64,000 bases of DNA from Hormiphora californensis (Eukaryota > Animalia > Ctenophora), in the NCBI GenBank assembly GCA_020137815.1, contig CM035351.1, forward strand, positions 9,362,001-9,426,000. Direction: 5' to 3'. Shown here piece by piece: positions 11,893 to 25,900 of the stretch. The notes below the pieces were generated by a model, which saw nothing but the letters and a program-made list of their open reading frames with translations, made no database searches and was not told the origin of the DNA. The translations under genes and the position numbers were made by a program. Within the stretch, counting starts at the first letter, position 1, and every line of letters starts with the position of its first letter.

Positions 11893-14800
11893 ATGTCCAA
11901 GATCTTCACCCCCACCAACCAGAAACTACTAACCAATGTAGTGGTAGTAAAACTGAAGAAGGGAGGGAAGCGATTTGAGATAGCCTGTTACAAGAACAAA
12001 GTTGTCGCATGGAGAAGTAAAATGTGAGTTTTAGTGAAAATAACCATGATACATATAGATTAGAAAGCCTGTAATAGAAAGGGCAGATGAGTGGTGATGA
12101 GGATAGCGTGCAACTTGGGGGATGTTGCTTTATGAAAAGAGCTCGAATTCCTGAGCTCCAGATTTACAGTTTAACTTGTTTCGGGACGGAGCAAGAATCG
12201 ACCTTATCAACCTGGCCTAGGTGGCTTATAAGGAGGCAGTTCGGTGTATTCGAAGGGGTCACAAGTCATCTTATCTACACAGTTCACCAATCTCCCTCTA
12301 ATAATTTGAACAAAGTTAAACTCGGTATATTTCAATGCAGTTAATTGGTGAGAAAGAACTCAGAAAATCTCAAAAATTAGACCGACCCTCACTCTGTATA
12401 TTAGAAAAGGATGAGAGAGGGGGTGATCCCCCGTTCCTTTTCTGCTACACAAAGTGGCAAATAAGCTCTCTCACCAATATCAATATCACAGCCGACATGA
12501 TTTCTCGTCAGGGCCCTGACGCAATATCAGTTCGGCATGTATGAAATCCAATCTCGTCGACCAACATCCTTTAAAAACAGATCGGATAAGACCAGCTCAC
12601 TCAAAGTCCATAAATCAATTCCTCGAAATAAGATTCGTCCTAAGTAATAATACTAGGAGAAAAAGAACCTTCATTGCCTAAAAATCTAACTCTAGATCTC
12701 AATTTTGTCCCTGAGACTCAGATATAGCCTCTCCAAGTTGTTCATCTGTTCCACCACTAGGAGATACATTTGGTCGTTATCGTCTATGTTGGGGATAGCC
12801 CGGCATGCGTGAGAAGGGTAGTCCTCCATACCCAGGCAGACCTCGGGACTGATCACTATCTCATCAACCTAATGTAGGGGGTAGTGTTAGTCTCATTATA
12901 ATCGGTCAAACGTCAGTCGTATTGGGGGAAGAGAGAAGCTGAATTCGAATATGGGGCTGGGACCAGAATGAGTTTTGAGGCACTCAGAAAAGATTAATTC
13001 CCTATTAGGTTCAGGGTGGGTTAACTAACCTGTATACTCATACTATTGAAGGCACGTCTCTCCTCGTCCCCGAATATCTTCTTGGCCAGTCTGTGCTCAA
13101 TATAACAACGGAGGGAGAGATAACTCTCAATAAGCTTCACACCAGATAGCTTGTAGTTGTCGATAGCATCAACCTTAACACACACCTAGAAATGGAAAAG
13201 GTGTTAGAGCGCTAAGGAAGAAAAGGAATGGTTTATTAAAGCAAGGATCTGAAGGGGTAGTTTATGGTGCTAGATTGCCTAGGTGGATGGGGGATTACCT
13301 CTTTCTTCACGGATAGCTTGTTAAGAATGGTCTCCTGGATCTGGTGGGTGGAAGTCCAACAGTCCGCCACTGACTCATTGAGGGGTTTGGGGCGAGTGAA
13401 ACACTTCTTACGATCCAAACTAAACCTTCCTGGCCCGGGTGCTGCTGCTGCTGCATTGGACACACCAACCAGAGAGTGGCTGACGAGGAAGATAAAGGAG
13501 AGGATGGTAAGAGATATCATCTTGATCCCATCGCAACTAAATGCCCCTTTTATACCCATCTCAGGAGGTGTGGGGTGCAAGCTGTGCGAGGTGCGTCAAT
13601 CGTCATGTGATGCATCCGGCTTACAAGATATAACGTTTAGGCGTATCTAAACGCATATCTTGAGAGGGGTAGTAGGTGAAAAATAGAGAGATAGAGAGTC
13701 GAGAGAGAAAGACAGATACAGAGAGGGACAGAGAAAATTTGCTTTAAAAACTTTCGCACACCTTGGGGTTAAGACTAAAAGATAAAGATCAGAGTTTTCA
13801 AAAGGGGTGCAGCTAAACTGCTTTCAATTAAGTTAGATATCTTTTTTTTCTAAATAACAGAATACTCTGCTATGCCACTTAACATTTTAATTAGTTTAAT
13901 GAAAAAGTTTTCATTTTGTTTTTCAGAGAGAAGAACCTGGACGAAGTGTTACAAACGGATACAGTCTTTGTGAATGTGGTTCGGGGAGAGGTTGCTAAGG
14001 TAACAGATCTCAAGAAAGTCTTCAATACAGATGATCGTAACAAAATATGTTTAGAGGTAAGAACAAATATACTGAGGCCGAGAATATTATATAGACAAAC
14101 AGATAGTTTCGACGTTCCCTCTTTCTTAATCATTCCAGTTCTCTCAGTTCAAGAACATCTCACATCTCCCTATCTAGATTCTGGAGAAGGGAGAGTTTCA
14201 GTTGTCTGAGAAGGAGAGACAGTCTGCCCTCAGTAACAAGTTTACCGAGATAGCAAACTGTATCTCCAACATGTGTATTAACCCTACTACAGAGCGGCCC
14301 TACCCAGTTTCTATGTTAGAGAAGGCCATGAAGGATGCACATATCAGTGTGAACCCCAATAGATCTGCCAAACAACAGGTAACAATGGGGGGGGGGGCGG
14401 GGGCACTGGGCATGGCGAAAGCAATCTGGCAATCAATATCCTGTCATGAGTGAATACAATATATATTGGGTAGTGACAGTGTGATACAGATCAATTCATC
14501 TTGTTCTTTTGAACTAGTAAATCTGCCGATCTCACTAGCTCTTCTCTGTCTATCAATGCATTCCACTGGTCTAACCGTGCTCTCTCAACGTGTTCACATG
14601 TCTGAACGCATGGGGTTGGGATGTTAGACGTTCATATGTGGGTGGGTGGTTGTTAGGCTTGTTCAGATTGCGGGTTCGCCACCCAGGGAGTCTCAAAACA
14701 CAGTAGTTCACCAAGTTTGCAACTGTTTCGGGAGATCTCGCACACAAAGTTCATCATTTACACATTCACGCATCACAGATATTCATAAACACGATCATAT

Positions 14801-15702
14801 CAAAACTCAGGGACGGTCGATCACACAGACGAGACTCACACACGATGTTCAGTGGTGGGAGAGAGAAGAACCCCGAGAGAGAAGAATCTCTCTTCTGTCT
14901 CTCTTCACTTCTGCTTAAATATCCCGTCAACAAAACAGTCACGTGACTTCTGTACCAGAAACAACAGGGGTACTACCAAACTTTGCGACACGCTTGCCCG
15001 ACTAGAACTGTTAACACCTTTCAAGTCAAGATGGCGGCCTATTCAGATTCATAGATCTGAATAACTTTCCCTAAAAACTAATCTAAACTCTACTGGTAAC
15101 TCTGCCGATCTCACTAGCTCGCTCTCTGTCTATCAATGCATTCCACAGGTCTAACCGGGCTCTCTCAACACGTTCACATGTCAATAACATTCACATGTCA
15201 ATAAGCACCAGGTCATATCTAGAACTAAAGTAAGGGGACGGGGCGGACTTAGAGGTACGGTACACTTCACTACCCCCCCCCCCCCCACGATAGGCATTGG
15301 AAGTGTTGAAGACGCTGAAAGAGTCCATCCCTATCGAGAGGGTGAAGATGGTGGTGCGTGTATCAATGTCACAGAGCGATGCCAAGAAGTGCAGGGACAA
15401 GATCAAAGCAATGTACATTAGTATCACCACAGAGGATAACGACGGGCAATTCGAAATTGTAAGTTTTATCAAGAATGGTCCCTGATATTGTTTAGTGCTG
15501 TATAACTCCACTATCCCCACCATATCTATCATCCATCTCTGCCACCTCCCTCTAACCATCTCTACCTCCTCTACAGGTTGGGTTATCGGAGCCTGGTAAC
15601 TACAAACCCCTTGCTGAGCTAGTGGGTAAGCACTCTCGTGGAAAGGGAATGTGTGAAGTGATAGGGGTCCAAGATAATAGTGAACTTGATGTTTTAAAGT
15701 GA
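11893..15702 (+). CDS. SBDS: Ribosome maturation protein SBDS (5 exons: ~11893-12023, 13927-14056, 14178-14378, 15293-15457, 15577-15702)
   Basis: [67 protein letters not shown] and SAKQQALEV. Confidence 0.93.
12692..13520 (-). CDS. Uncharacterised secreted protein (~184 aa), 3 exons (13520-13299, 13185-13030, 12868-12692), nested antisense in SBDS intron 1
   Basis: Canonical GT-AG junctions join three open exons of 222, 156 and 177 nt, all phase 0. The product has a hydrophobic N-terminal signal peptide and 6 Cys. Confidence 0.75.
14513..15182. repeat. Two ~90-bp diverged direct repeats ~579 bp apart in SBDS intron 3
   Basis: tctgccgatctcactagctc...ttcacatgtc at 14513-14602 and 15092-15182. 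Confidence 0.75.
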
Positions 15703-15839
15703 TAACTCCTTTTTATTGAACATTTCTTGTTGTTTTTATCTCTCATGTTTGATGATCTAATGAATTGAGTTTGTATTTTGTTACGTCATTAGGTCTCAGA
15801 ATTCAGATCACTGTTTTTCTCCACAACCTGACCCATCAC

Positions 15840-18800
15840 GCCTACAGCTGGATAGTGCTCTATGTCTCAGTACATGTGATTACCCTCATTTATCAAGAGG
15901 GCTCTAATCACTTCAGATGGTACCTGTGTGTAGGGACCCCTGCTGCCGCAGTGTAACGCAACAAGTTTGGTAGAGTGATAGTTGGAGGACGCGGTGACAC
16001 AGCATCAAGGTTGTGTGCGCGCCTCCACACGCAAGGACATTGCGACCATCTGTGAGTGTAATGAGTGCCTGTAGCACTTCCTATTTAAACCCTGTCCATT
16101 TCGATAATGACTTCATCATGACTGGTGCTGATCACAAATCATCACTGAACTCCAATCACCGGCTGATCATGGATTCAGGGACTTTGAAGGCCCTTATCCG
16201 GGAAGTTGGAGCGGTAAAGGGTAGACCGCGCGCGAAAAGAGGGGACCTTTCGAAAGAGAGAGGTCACCGCGCGCTCCTGTTCAACACAAGAATACAAACT
16301 TTCTCACATCACAAAATATCGAAATCAATCACAACTTTTATCCAAAAACATGAAACACATATTCAAACATAAATCATTTTCAAGATGGCAGGACGGTAAA
16401 GTTTAGTCTAGGTCGCATTGTCCAGGACATCATGAACTTAGGGGGAGGCAGACCCTCAGTTAGAAATTTAACAATAATTTTACTAGCTAGGAAGGGACTA
16501 CTGCCATCAGTCTGCCCCTTCCTCCCAGTCCTCTTCTCTCAGTACAGCTCCTATCCCATCCCCCTCTTCAGGTAAGTAGACACGCCCCTATCTCCACTGC
16601 AAAGTTACCTCCGGTCAGAGGTAGATAGCTGAACGAATGGACTGTGAGACTGCCCTGCTTTCAGTAGAGGTATAACAGTGTTGTGGAGTGCCAATACACG
16701 GTATAGTTGCCTTCTTTCTAGTGTTCCCCTCGCAGAACGCCCGGACAAAAAGGAACACTTCAGAGATGTCACTAGTGGAGACATTAGAGATGTTGACAGT
16801 GATTGGTATTGGTGTTCCCATTGGAAACTCCCCTCCACATCCCTTACATTCTATCACAATACTCTCTTTAAAGGCATGTTGCAGATCTGTACTAGTCTGC
16901 ATGGAACACAGGAAGTCTACTGTCCCCTGTTTGTTGGCAGTCCTCCAGGGACAGTATACTGTATCAGGTTGCAGCAGATCACATCCCATCACCCTCCCTT
17001 GACACTGTGATCTCCTCCCCTGTAGCAGGGTCAACTCTGGCTAGATCACACTCCGTGTTGAGTACCTCCCCCGCCTCTAGGATATGGGAGGTACCAGCGA
17101 CAGTAAAGTGTAACCTCTCTGTACAGAGGGATGTGAGAGAGAGGGACCATCTACAGAGTGTGCTGTCCAGGGGGTGAGGGGAGATGGAGTAGAGATGTAG
17201 TCGGTATAACTAGTGACACTTGTGTAGGGATACTAATCCTAGATTCCCTATAATACCCCCTGTTTGCCTCATAGTACCGGACTATTACAGAGAACACCTC
17301 CTCTATGTGCACAGTGTCCACCCTCCCTCCCCTGTTTCGTCTCACTACTGGTTCTATATCCCCTGCCTCCGTACTGTTCTCATACTCAGTACCACCCCTC
17401 CTTCCTTCTCCTCCTCTCTGGTCCCCAAAACAGCCCTCCCTTCTTTTGAACCCAATCCTCGTATCAACACTTATCTTGATCTGCACAGTCTCACCAGGAC
17501 CTATAGGCAGCGGAACAGCATCATATCGGAAGATGGTTGGAGGGTTAGTCTGGTCTAGGAATTCTAACTCCGTGATTGGATGGTTACTGTTGTTTGTTAG
17601 GCTACATGCACACTCCACCTCCTCCCCTTCATACAGGGCCAGGGAGGGAGGAGAGGTTATGGTCAGGAGAGGCATCACTGGGGCCACATGTATCTCCTCT
17701 ATTTGGTCTAGTGGTAGACGACATGGTATACCCCACAGTTGGGCAGATATGGCGCTCACTCGGAAGGTACAGGCTTGTAGAGGCTTCATTGTTAGTGTTA
17801 CATCTACAACTTGTTTGGGGTAGATGGTGACTGTACTAGGGTAACACTCCACTTCACCACCTGAAACAGGGGGCTATAATGGGAACTGGGGAGACACAAA
17901 ACATAGCAACTAGACTGAATCGGTACTTGAAGTCAGGTAATACAGAATTGGACGGCATACTACGTCTAATCAGTAGGACGTATCAGTATTGAAACACTTA
18001 CCCTCCACGACGCATCTCATGTCTAACAGTTGGAGAGATTGAAGGAGAGGGTTCTCTAACTTCACAACTACCGTACCAAACTCATCAGCCACCCAACACA
18101 CATCACGTTTCTCCCTGGAGACAGAAAGAGAGTTATAGTACCTCAACCTGATAGCCATTCATACAGCTGTCAGCAGGGGGAGCAAGAATCTGAACAAACT
18201 CAACATCTTTATTAAATGGAAGTGGTATAACACTGATTTTAATTCAGGTACACTTACTTAGCCTTTGGGTTGTATATGAAGACACTGGAGCTAACTTGAG
18301 CAACTCTGGGTTGCAGTGTCTCACTCAACACATTGATTGTAACCCGTTTACAGACAGGAATGTGTTTAACAATAATATTCTCCTCAGCATGCCATGTGCT
18401 ATTCTTAACAATCAGATTCAGTATCCTCAGCTGGTCTTCATGCTCTAGATGGGAGTGGAAGTTTTGTAGTAGGACACATCCCAGTACTCTAACCACAGTG
18501 GTGCCATTAGCTAACTTGTCACTTGCAGTTAATGAAGTTCTCCAGTACCATTCTCTGTGGAGGAAGAAATAAATAGGGCGTTAAACTCACTCATACCGTG
18601 CATTTACGGACCGTGCTATTTGAACCGACAGTTCAATAATCGGTTCAGGGAACTGGAAAGGCTAAGGGTAAAGGGGTAGAGTGAAGTAAGTATGTATTTA
18701 CCTGGAGTCGTGGCCAGCCAACCTTCTGCTGCTCGTGATCCCCCGGTACTACCCCATACTTCTCCAGCACCTCCTTTAGAATAGCGAAGGAGATCATATG

Positions 18801-21800
18801 GGGCTTCAGTTTGGGGTCCATACTCATACTCTCTAGAGCGACTTGACGGAGAAAGTAGCAGTATTTCCTAGACATGCCCATCCTCTTGTACAGGAGGGCA
18901 ATGGTACAATAGAACTGTAGTCTCTCTATAGGGTAGAGATCCTCTAAACAGTAAAATATCTCTGTGGTCAGGATAGAACATGCCTCAGAGATACAATCCA
19001 GATCTATCATTAGACGCACATACTTTAGTGTGCACTCCAACCTGAAATATAGGGGGGGGGGGGTTACAACACACGGTGTCCCGTTTCAATACTTCAGACA
19101 GTTGAACTGTTCGTATCCAAGAGGGACAAACAGTTCAACAAAACAGGTCCCTCTAAACGATGTGCTTCAAATTTGGTAGAAGATATCACTTACATGATAA
19201 GAGTGGATTCCCTTAGTTTCTCCATACACCCGATAGCACACCGGAATGTCTTGGTAATGTTCTCCAGGCTCCGCTGATCCGGTTCACTGCTAAGACTATT
19301 CAGGGACTCCTGGGAGCCACTGTGGTTAGGTGCCGGTCCCCCTCCCTCTAGCTGGAGGATTCGAGCTATGGCACAACACTGACCCTCATAGGCTGCACCA
19401 ACCCACACACTGTCACCAATACCTGCAAAGGAGAGGGGAGTTAGATGATGTTGTGGCCATTGCATCGCGTGTTTACAACAGCAATCTAAGATCTATTGTG
19501 ACAGTTTATCACAGCATTTCAGATCTCTCCTACAACTGTCATCAGATGACAGATGTTCACCTGATATGAGCTCTGTCTCTGGAAGGAGCCAATTGAACAT
19601 CGATGAGAAGGTACAGAGTGATACTGTAGACCTGGTACAAGAGATTACGTACGATAATGCCTACAGTCAATAATGCCTACAGGGGTTAAGGGCATAGATA
19701 ATTGGGTGTAGGCAAAACCGTCAAAACAGCAATAATGCCTACAATGGCAATAATGCCTACAGTAAAGTACGATAATGCCTACGGGCAATAATGCCTACAG
19801 CATAGATAATTGGGTGTAGGCAAAAGCGTCAAAATTACTGCTGATATGGCAATAATGCCTACAGGGGTGATTGGGTGTAGGCAAAAGCGTCAAAACATCA
19901 GATCACGATTAGTAACGACTAAGTAGCGACGTAACCCTGAGGAGACAATACGAGATATGGAACATGATTCGGGGAAGCCAATCAGGAGTGTTAGACGACA
20001 TGAGACACGATTCGCGGAAGGTTTCTATCTCATTCTATCCTCATGTGACCATGCCCTCTGTGTCGCTCTGTCTCCTTCTCTCTCACTTTCTCTGAGGGAG
20101 AAGGAGAAATATGGAGAAAGAGAGATGCCCATAACTTTTTTACCGAGACAGAAAGACAGTTGAGCTCCGTGGGAATGGGTTTCGCCGCTTTCCCAGCAGG
20201 TAGATGTAGGCGGCTCTCGGTCGTTTCTTGCAGGTTGGCGGTCTAGGTAGAGAAACCGGATTCGAAGGAGGCTAGGTGGCGGCATTAACGCGAACGACTA
20301 GTGGTCAGGGGATAGGGAGGTCAAGAAAATATCATCCACTCATTTTGCATGGCTAAACAGTGTCTTTTATCTCTCGGTAAAAAGGGTATATCTCTTATTC
20401 GATGTCCCTCTATCTCCCTCGGAGAAGGTGAGTGAGAAAGAGAGAGGAAGGGAGACAGAGCGACCTCGAGTGGGGAAAGGGATGGAAAGCGATAGAAACC
20501 TTTCCCGAATCGTGTCTCATATTGTCTAACACTCCTGAGTGGCTTCCCCGAATCATGTTCCATATCTCGTATCGTCTCCTAAATAACTGCTAATAAGCTT
20601 CCCTGCATGAGGGCAGCACCAATACGATATAGGAGATATGGCTCGTTAGTTATTTGAGTAAACTGATTGACATGAGAGCTCCTCTAATCGGTAAGGCTTA
20701 AACTCTCCCAACTCTCATGTCTCATGTCGGATTGGATACGTGGTATGGGATATATCGAGATATCCTTAGCGAGTTGTCAACTGCAATGCAATAATGCCTA
20801 CACCCTGTGGTGGAGGGTAGGCAAAACTGCTTGTAGGCATTATTGTCAACATCAGTAGTAAAATCGCAGTTTTGCCTACATCGTAGGCATTATGTACCGT
20901 AGGCAAAACTGCGGTTTACCCCCTGGTGTTGACGATAATGCCTACAAGCAGTTTTGCCTACCCTCCACTTCTAATTAGGTGTTTTAGGGTGTAGGCATTA
21001 TTGACCGTAGGCATTATTGTATGCTACCGTACAAGAACTGTGATCATGTGGTGTCAAGGAACCTGATTAGTTTCTACAAACGGTGGAATTCAAGCGTCTG
21101 GAAGTAAGAAAGAAAGAGCTGACCTACTTTGCTGAGATGGAATATTGTCTGCTTGTTGAGCGGTTCTCCAGAAGACTTGTTAGTTGGGACTCTGGCATGA
21201 GGCACTACAACCGGCGAGCTATATTCATCGCAGTGGAATGGAATACTGCAGTGTGGTCCACACTGAGTGTGGACTTCAGAGATTTCGGTAGGGATGCTAA
21301 TTGCTACGGCACGATCAGGGTGTTATGAGATTGCAGCGTCAAGATACAGAGAGAGTATAACGTCACTGAAGACCTGATTGTAATCATGCAAGAAGGGTCT
21401 GATGGATTGCGGCTACGTTTTACATTTCTCCGGACCACTTGTTTGAACCGATGGAGGGTAGGAATTGGTTGACGGGATAGGAGAAGAGGGCTGCTGGACC
21501 TGGGAACAACTGACTTCAAATGTGGTAAGGTGGTTGATAGACCTGGGATCTTGGGCAGTGTGACACGGCGTGCCAGAGAGCTCGCCCAATCCCGGTTGAA
21601 GGTGTTAGTTTGCACGTCACTGAAACCCTTGGTGAAGTTGGGAAGCCTATTGCTATCACTTACCAAGTAGAATCTTGATGCTTTCCTCGTACACTTCCAG
21701 TGCTTTCTCAGCATTACCAACTAGCAGGTAGAGATCACCAAGGTGCTTCTTATGTCGACCCTGTACCCTCCTTCTACCTGTCTTACCAGTCCTCTAAATA

Positions 21801-22813
21801 GGGGCACATGGGGGTTAGTTCCAACAAAGTAATGAGGTTATTAATAAAAACTAATTGACTTGGGGCCATTAATTAGTTAATTACCCAGTCCAGATCGGGA
21901 CCTCTCGTAGGGGCTGTACAGGATCTGAGGGACAGTATTTCTCTGCACTCATCTCTATAGACTTCCTTGCTACGATAGAGAAGAGAGCCTGTGTGAACTC
22001 TCCTAGAAGGGCTGTTAGCTCCTCACAGTGCACTGAGCTCACATCCAACCCACAGGGGATCACCTGGGGGGGAGATGTTGATATATCAGTGAGCCTATAG
22101 AATTACATTTTATTTCTCCCCTGATCTCACTAAATAAAGAGCTAGAGCCCCCTCTAGATTTACCATTATGTCCGGTTTTATACAGTCCGGAGGTACGGTA
22201 AGGGGGGATGTAGCAAATATTACACACCGAGAATCTATTACAAATATCTCGTTCCGTTTCTTTAGTTTCTCATAACTGTCCTTGATACTAATCACCTCCT
22301 TTTCAGCTGGGAATAATAATTATTATTATTCAATAATTGAATTTACTGAGTTTACATAGTGATCAAATGATTGCATGTCTGAAAATTGTATATACTTTTC
22401 GAAAGCCCAAATGCCAGTACAGCCGCAGTTCTCCCCAGTACCTGTTTTGCCAGTGCTATTGACCAGGTTAACACACAGTAGTCCAGCAGGTTGTCGGTAG
22501 TGTTGCAAGTCTGACCAGTCAGAGAGAAGGGGTGTACCTGCCAGGATAAACCTGGCATTCAGGTGTGGTCGGTTGGGCAGGGGTACCTTACTGAACTCTG
22601 TGGGGGAGGGGATTAGTTATTGTTCTAGATTCTGGGGAGAAAATCTCTGGACAAATTATTTACTCAGGAAGGGGCGACTATTGTATCTTACCCTGGGGAA
22701 GTTGTTCCAAGAAGCCATCATCAATAAACCCCACAGAGTGGAGAGATATGTGGAGTTGGTGAGCGTAGCTGCAGTTGGTATTGAAAGTCTATCCGGGTCT
22801 GGGTCGGTATCAT
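15840..22813 (-). CDS. TRAPPC9: TRAPP II subunit TRAPPC9/Trs120 (multi-exon, several apparent frameshifts; 3' end approximate)
   Basis: GRHKKHLGDLYLLVG..ALE.Y, D.VWVGAAYEG, LYKRMGMSRK..YFLR, GWPRLQ and WVADE...VVVKLENP. Confidence 0.85.
19643..21028. mobile_element. Non-autonomous TIR element with 8-bp TSD (hAT-like) and many TAATGCCTAC subterminal repeats, in a TRAPPC9 intron
   Basis: TSD gtacaaga at 19635-19642 and 21029-21036; imperfect TIRs; taatgcctac arrays on the left and gtaggcatta arrays on the right. Confidence 0.75.
19941..20579. mobile_element. MITE with ~200-bp TIRs (GGAGAC...GTCTCC), TGA/TAA flanks (PIF/Harbinger-like), nested in the previous element
   Basis: Long inverted arms produce the mirrored ORFs 19957+ and 20321- (both MEHDSGKP). 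Confidence 0.75.
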
Positions 22814-22948
22814 GTTACATTTTCTGAACACTTCTACTGCACAAAGTTATCGGTGTCAGTGTATTGTGAAGATTTGATATTGTGAATAAAAAAGTTTGTT
22901 AAATTTGCATTGTGACAATAAAAAAGATAAAACAATAAATTACAATAA

Positions 22949-25900
22949 TTAGAGATGAACAAGAAGTGATGTGAGACTTGATAATATTGTCTGTCTGAGC
23001 TCTCCCAGAGTTTGTTGTTATAGGAAACGTTCCCTGTAGCAGATAGTACTAACTGAATGAAGTGTCTGAGAGAGTTAATCTGGTGGCTCTGGCCCCCTGC
23101 CTAGGGGCTCCACTCTAGAGGGTGTTAGACCTTGAGACGAGAGGGCCGCTATGACATCTTGAATATCCAGCTCCCCAAATAAACTCTGAAATGGGTTGTT
23201 GAGTAAAGGGTGAGACACTGAGACAACAAGACAATATAGGGATCAGTGACAGAAGTCAGAAGATGATACCCATCTGTACCACCAACCTGAGAGCGGGGTT
23301 GTCTATCTGAGGGGTGGAGGACGGGTCTATTGTTCCTAGCTGATATAGTCCCTGTTACACGTGATGCTAGCTGGTATCTCTGTTTCTCCTGCCCCCTAGT
23401 AAGGGGTTGGAACTCCACTCTCTCTATCAGGGCTGGGGATATCTCTATTGGGATGGAGGTGAGTGGCTGGATCAGGTTGATTGTGTCACCAAACCCTAGT
23501 TCTACATACTCCTCAGCTGTATCACGACCTGGGAGAGGAATTGATAATAACAGCCCTAGATACTCAGACAAGTCAACACAAACTATCTAATCATGTTTTG
23601 AGTGTGAAGGAGTCTCGATCCCTTACCAAGAGTTAGGTCATGTCGTGTGGGGTGTCCAAAGGGTGGTCTGAAGTAGGTTGGGGATGTTACCACTGTTCTG
23701 GGTTTTATCTCTTTTATCAACTTTGTAGCCTGGTGATGAAGTCGAGAATATAAAAAAGTAGTCAGAGGCACACAACAACAGTGCTGAGTGCAGTTATCAA
23801 ATGTATCTCACCTGTTCGAAGTCGATGCTGGGGTCGATTGGGCAGAAGTAAGATCGCATGGCCATGGGGAGGAAGGGGGCTAGGGTCGGGGAGTAGGGGT
23901 ACTCAGGCTCTATCATGATCACCACATTACGTGGGTCATCCCTCCACTTCTCAAGCAACAACACCGAGTCGCCACATCTAGGGGATTACGCTTTAGAATG
24001 GGACTGAGTGAGAAAAAGAGAGCGGGCCGAGGGGGGAGTGAACAAGTGAGAGAGATGCCTTCCCCACTGCTAACCTCAGGGAGGGATGTCCTGCGAAGAC
24101 AATACAAGGGTTCCTATACACCTCCCCCATCCCATCAGCCACACTATTGAAATGATGAATCCTCTTACTCTTGATCAGCTGGGAGTGCACAAAAGGTAAC
24201 TCCGGGACATACAACTTAGCTTGTTTCCTGGAGAGGGCATATAATGGGGTCAGAGCAATTCAGAGAGATGCAGATGACACAAGACAACATCATGTTGAAC
24301 ATTATAGGGGAGGGAGTTGGACCTACGCGTCATTCAGCCACTCTCCATAAATATCAGGATGTGCCAGTGCTGCGTCAGCTACTGGAGACACAATAATCAG
24401 AGGGACCTCTGGTAGGAGGTGCTTATTGAGATGTGATATCAACCATTCAATGAGGTCTAGTAGCACACCAGTACTGTGACATGGTATCAACACGTTACCA
24501 CCCTGCTTCACGTGCTCTGTCACCAGATTACACACTTCCTGGGGGGATAATACTGGGTCAGTTCCTGGGGGGGGGGGGTAATACTCGGTTAGCATAATTT
24601 AGATCAATTGATCTGCTATTGATAAATCTTGTCTTTTTTAACCAGCCGAGTTATTGTGTAGAGATATCTAATCAGAATCCCAACCAATTACTCACAGTAA
24701 GTTTATTGCTGGGTGAGTATACAGGGTTCAGTGCTAGGTTCCCCAACAGCAACACATTAGGGTTAGCAAGACTGACAACTTCCATAGGTAGAGTGTGGTT
24801 TGTTAGTTTGCTGGAGGACGACACATAGGACACCTTGTAATCTCCCGCCTTGATAACCCAGTTAGCACTTCCAATACTGTGACCAGCAGGTACAGGAACA
24901 CACTTGACAAGACCAAACAGATCCAGTTCCTCGTTATATCTAGAGGGGGTGGGGTGTTGAACATAGAATCATTCTGTGTGAGTGAAATCTTACAGTATCG
25001 TTTGTTGCTTGGTAGCCTGCTACGCGGGGGAGAGCCCAGTTTTACAGACTACCTACAGAATATATTCAGCACACTACCAACCTGACTGGTGTAATTCTAG
25101 AGAAACACTCCTCTATAGTATCACGTTTATAGATGCTCCTCAGATCCCCTGGTCTCCGGAATGAGGGGTGAACAGAGGATGGAACTGATTTCATGTCAAC
25201 ATCTTTCCTTCTTACTGGGGCCTGTTCTGTGTATCTGTTTGGAGTACAGGGTACAAGATCGGGCAACAGACCTATTCATCTAAATAAATCTAGCTATAAG
25301 CTAGGGGATGTTCCTCCCCACAATTATGACCATGGTTTAGTAACAACAACCCATCATACTTGGTAAGTGCTATGAGTGCAAGTTGTCCCATCAGTACACA
25401 CGGCTCTGTAGCGTACACCCTCCCACTGAAGGCCGGGTCCATAACCAGATAGGGCAGGGCACTCATCTGGGAGGGGTGATGTTGATTTGTGTCATTTTGT
25501 TCGAACCGGGGTGCGGGCAGAGAGATGGTCGATCAACAAGGGCCAAGGTTTGTGTGGAAACCTCGTGGGTCTACATGGGGGACAGTAGTTCTTTCTAAAT
25601 ACCTGTGAACTATTGGTGACTAGGATGGCGTCCACAATGGACATATCAATAGAGTCGGGTGGTAGAAGGTGTAGATCTGAGTTCACCAATACACTACCTC
25701 CTGCTGCACGCTTCAACACCTGCCAAACAGCATGACGTGTTAAATCTGTGCATTACTGCAGGAGACATGATCTGTACCAGCTCATTATTACCTGTGGGTT
25801 TTCAGGGCATCCTGGCAGGTGATTACCCTCTCATTATTACCTGTGGGTTTTCAGGGCAACCTGGCAGGTTTCCGAGTCGTGGTGTGTGGATGGGAGAAAG

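Noticed and set aside
16100-16175. TGATGA/CTGA-rich intronic stretch as a C/D snoRNA
   Set aside because: C-like and D-like boxes fall on opposite strands; no proper C...D pair on the host strand.
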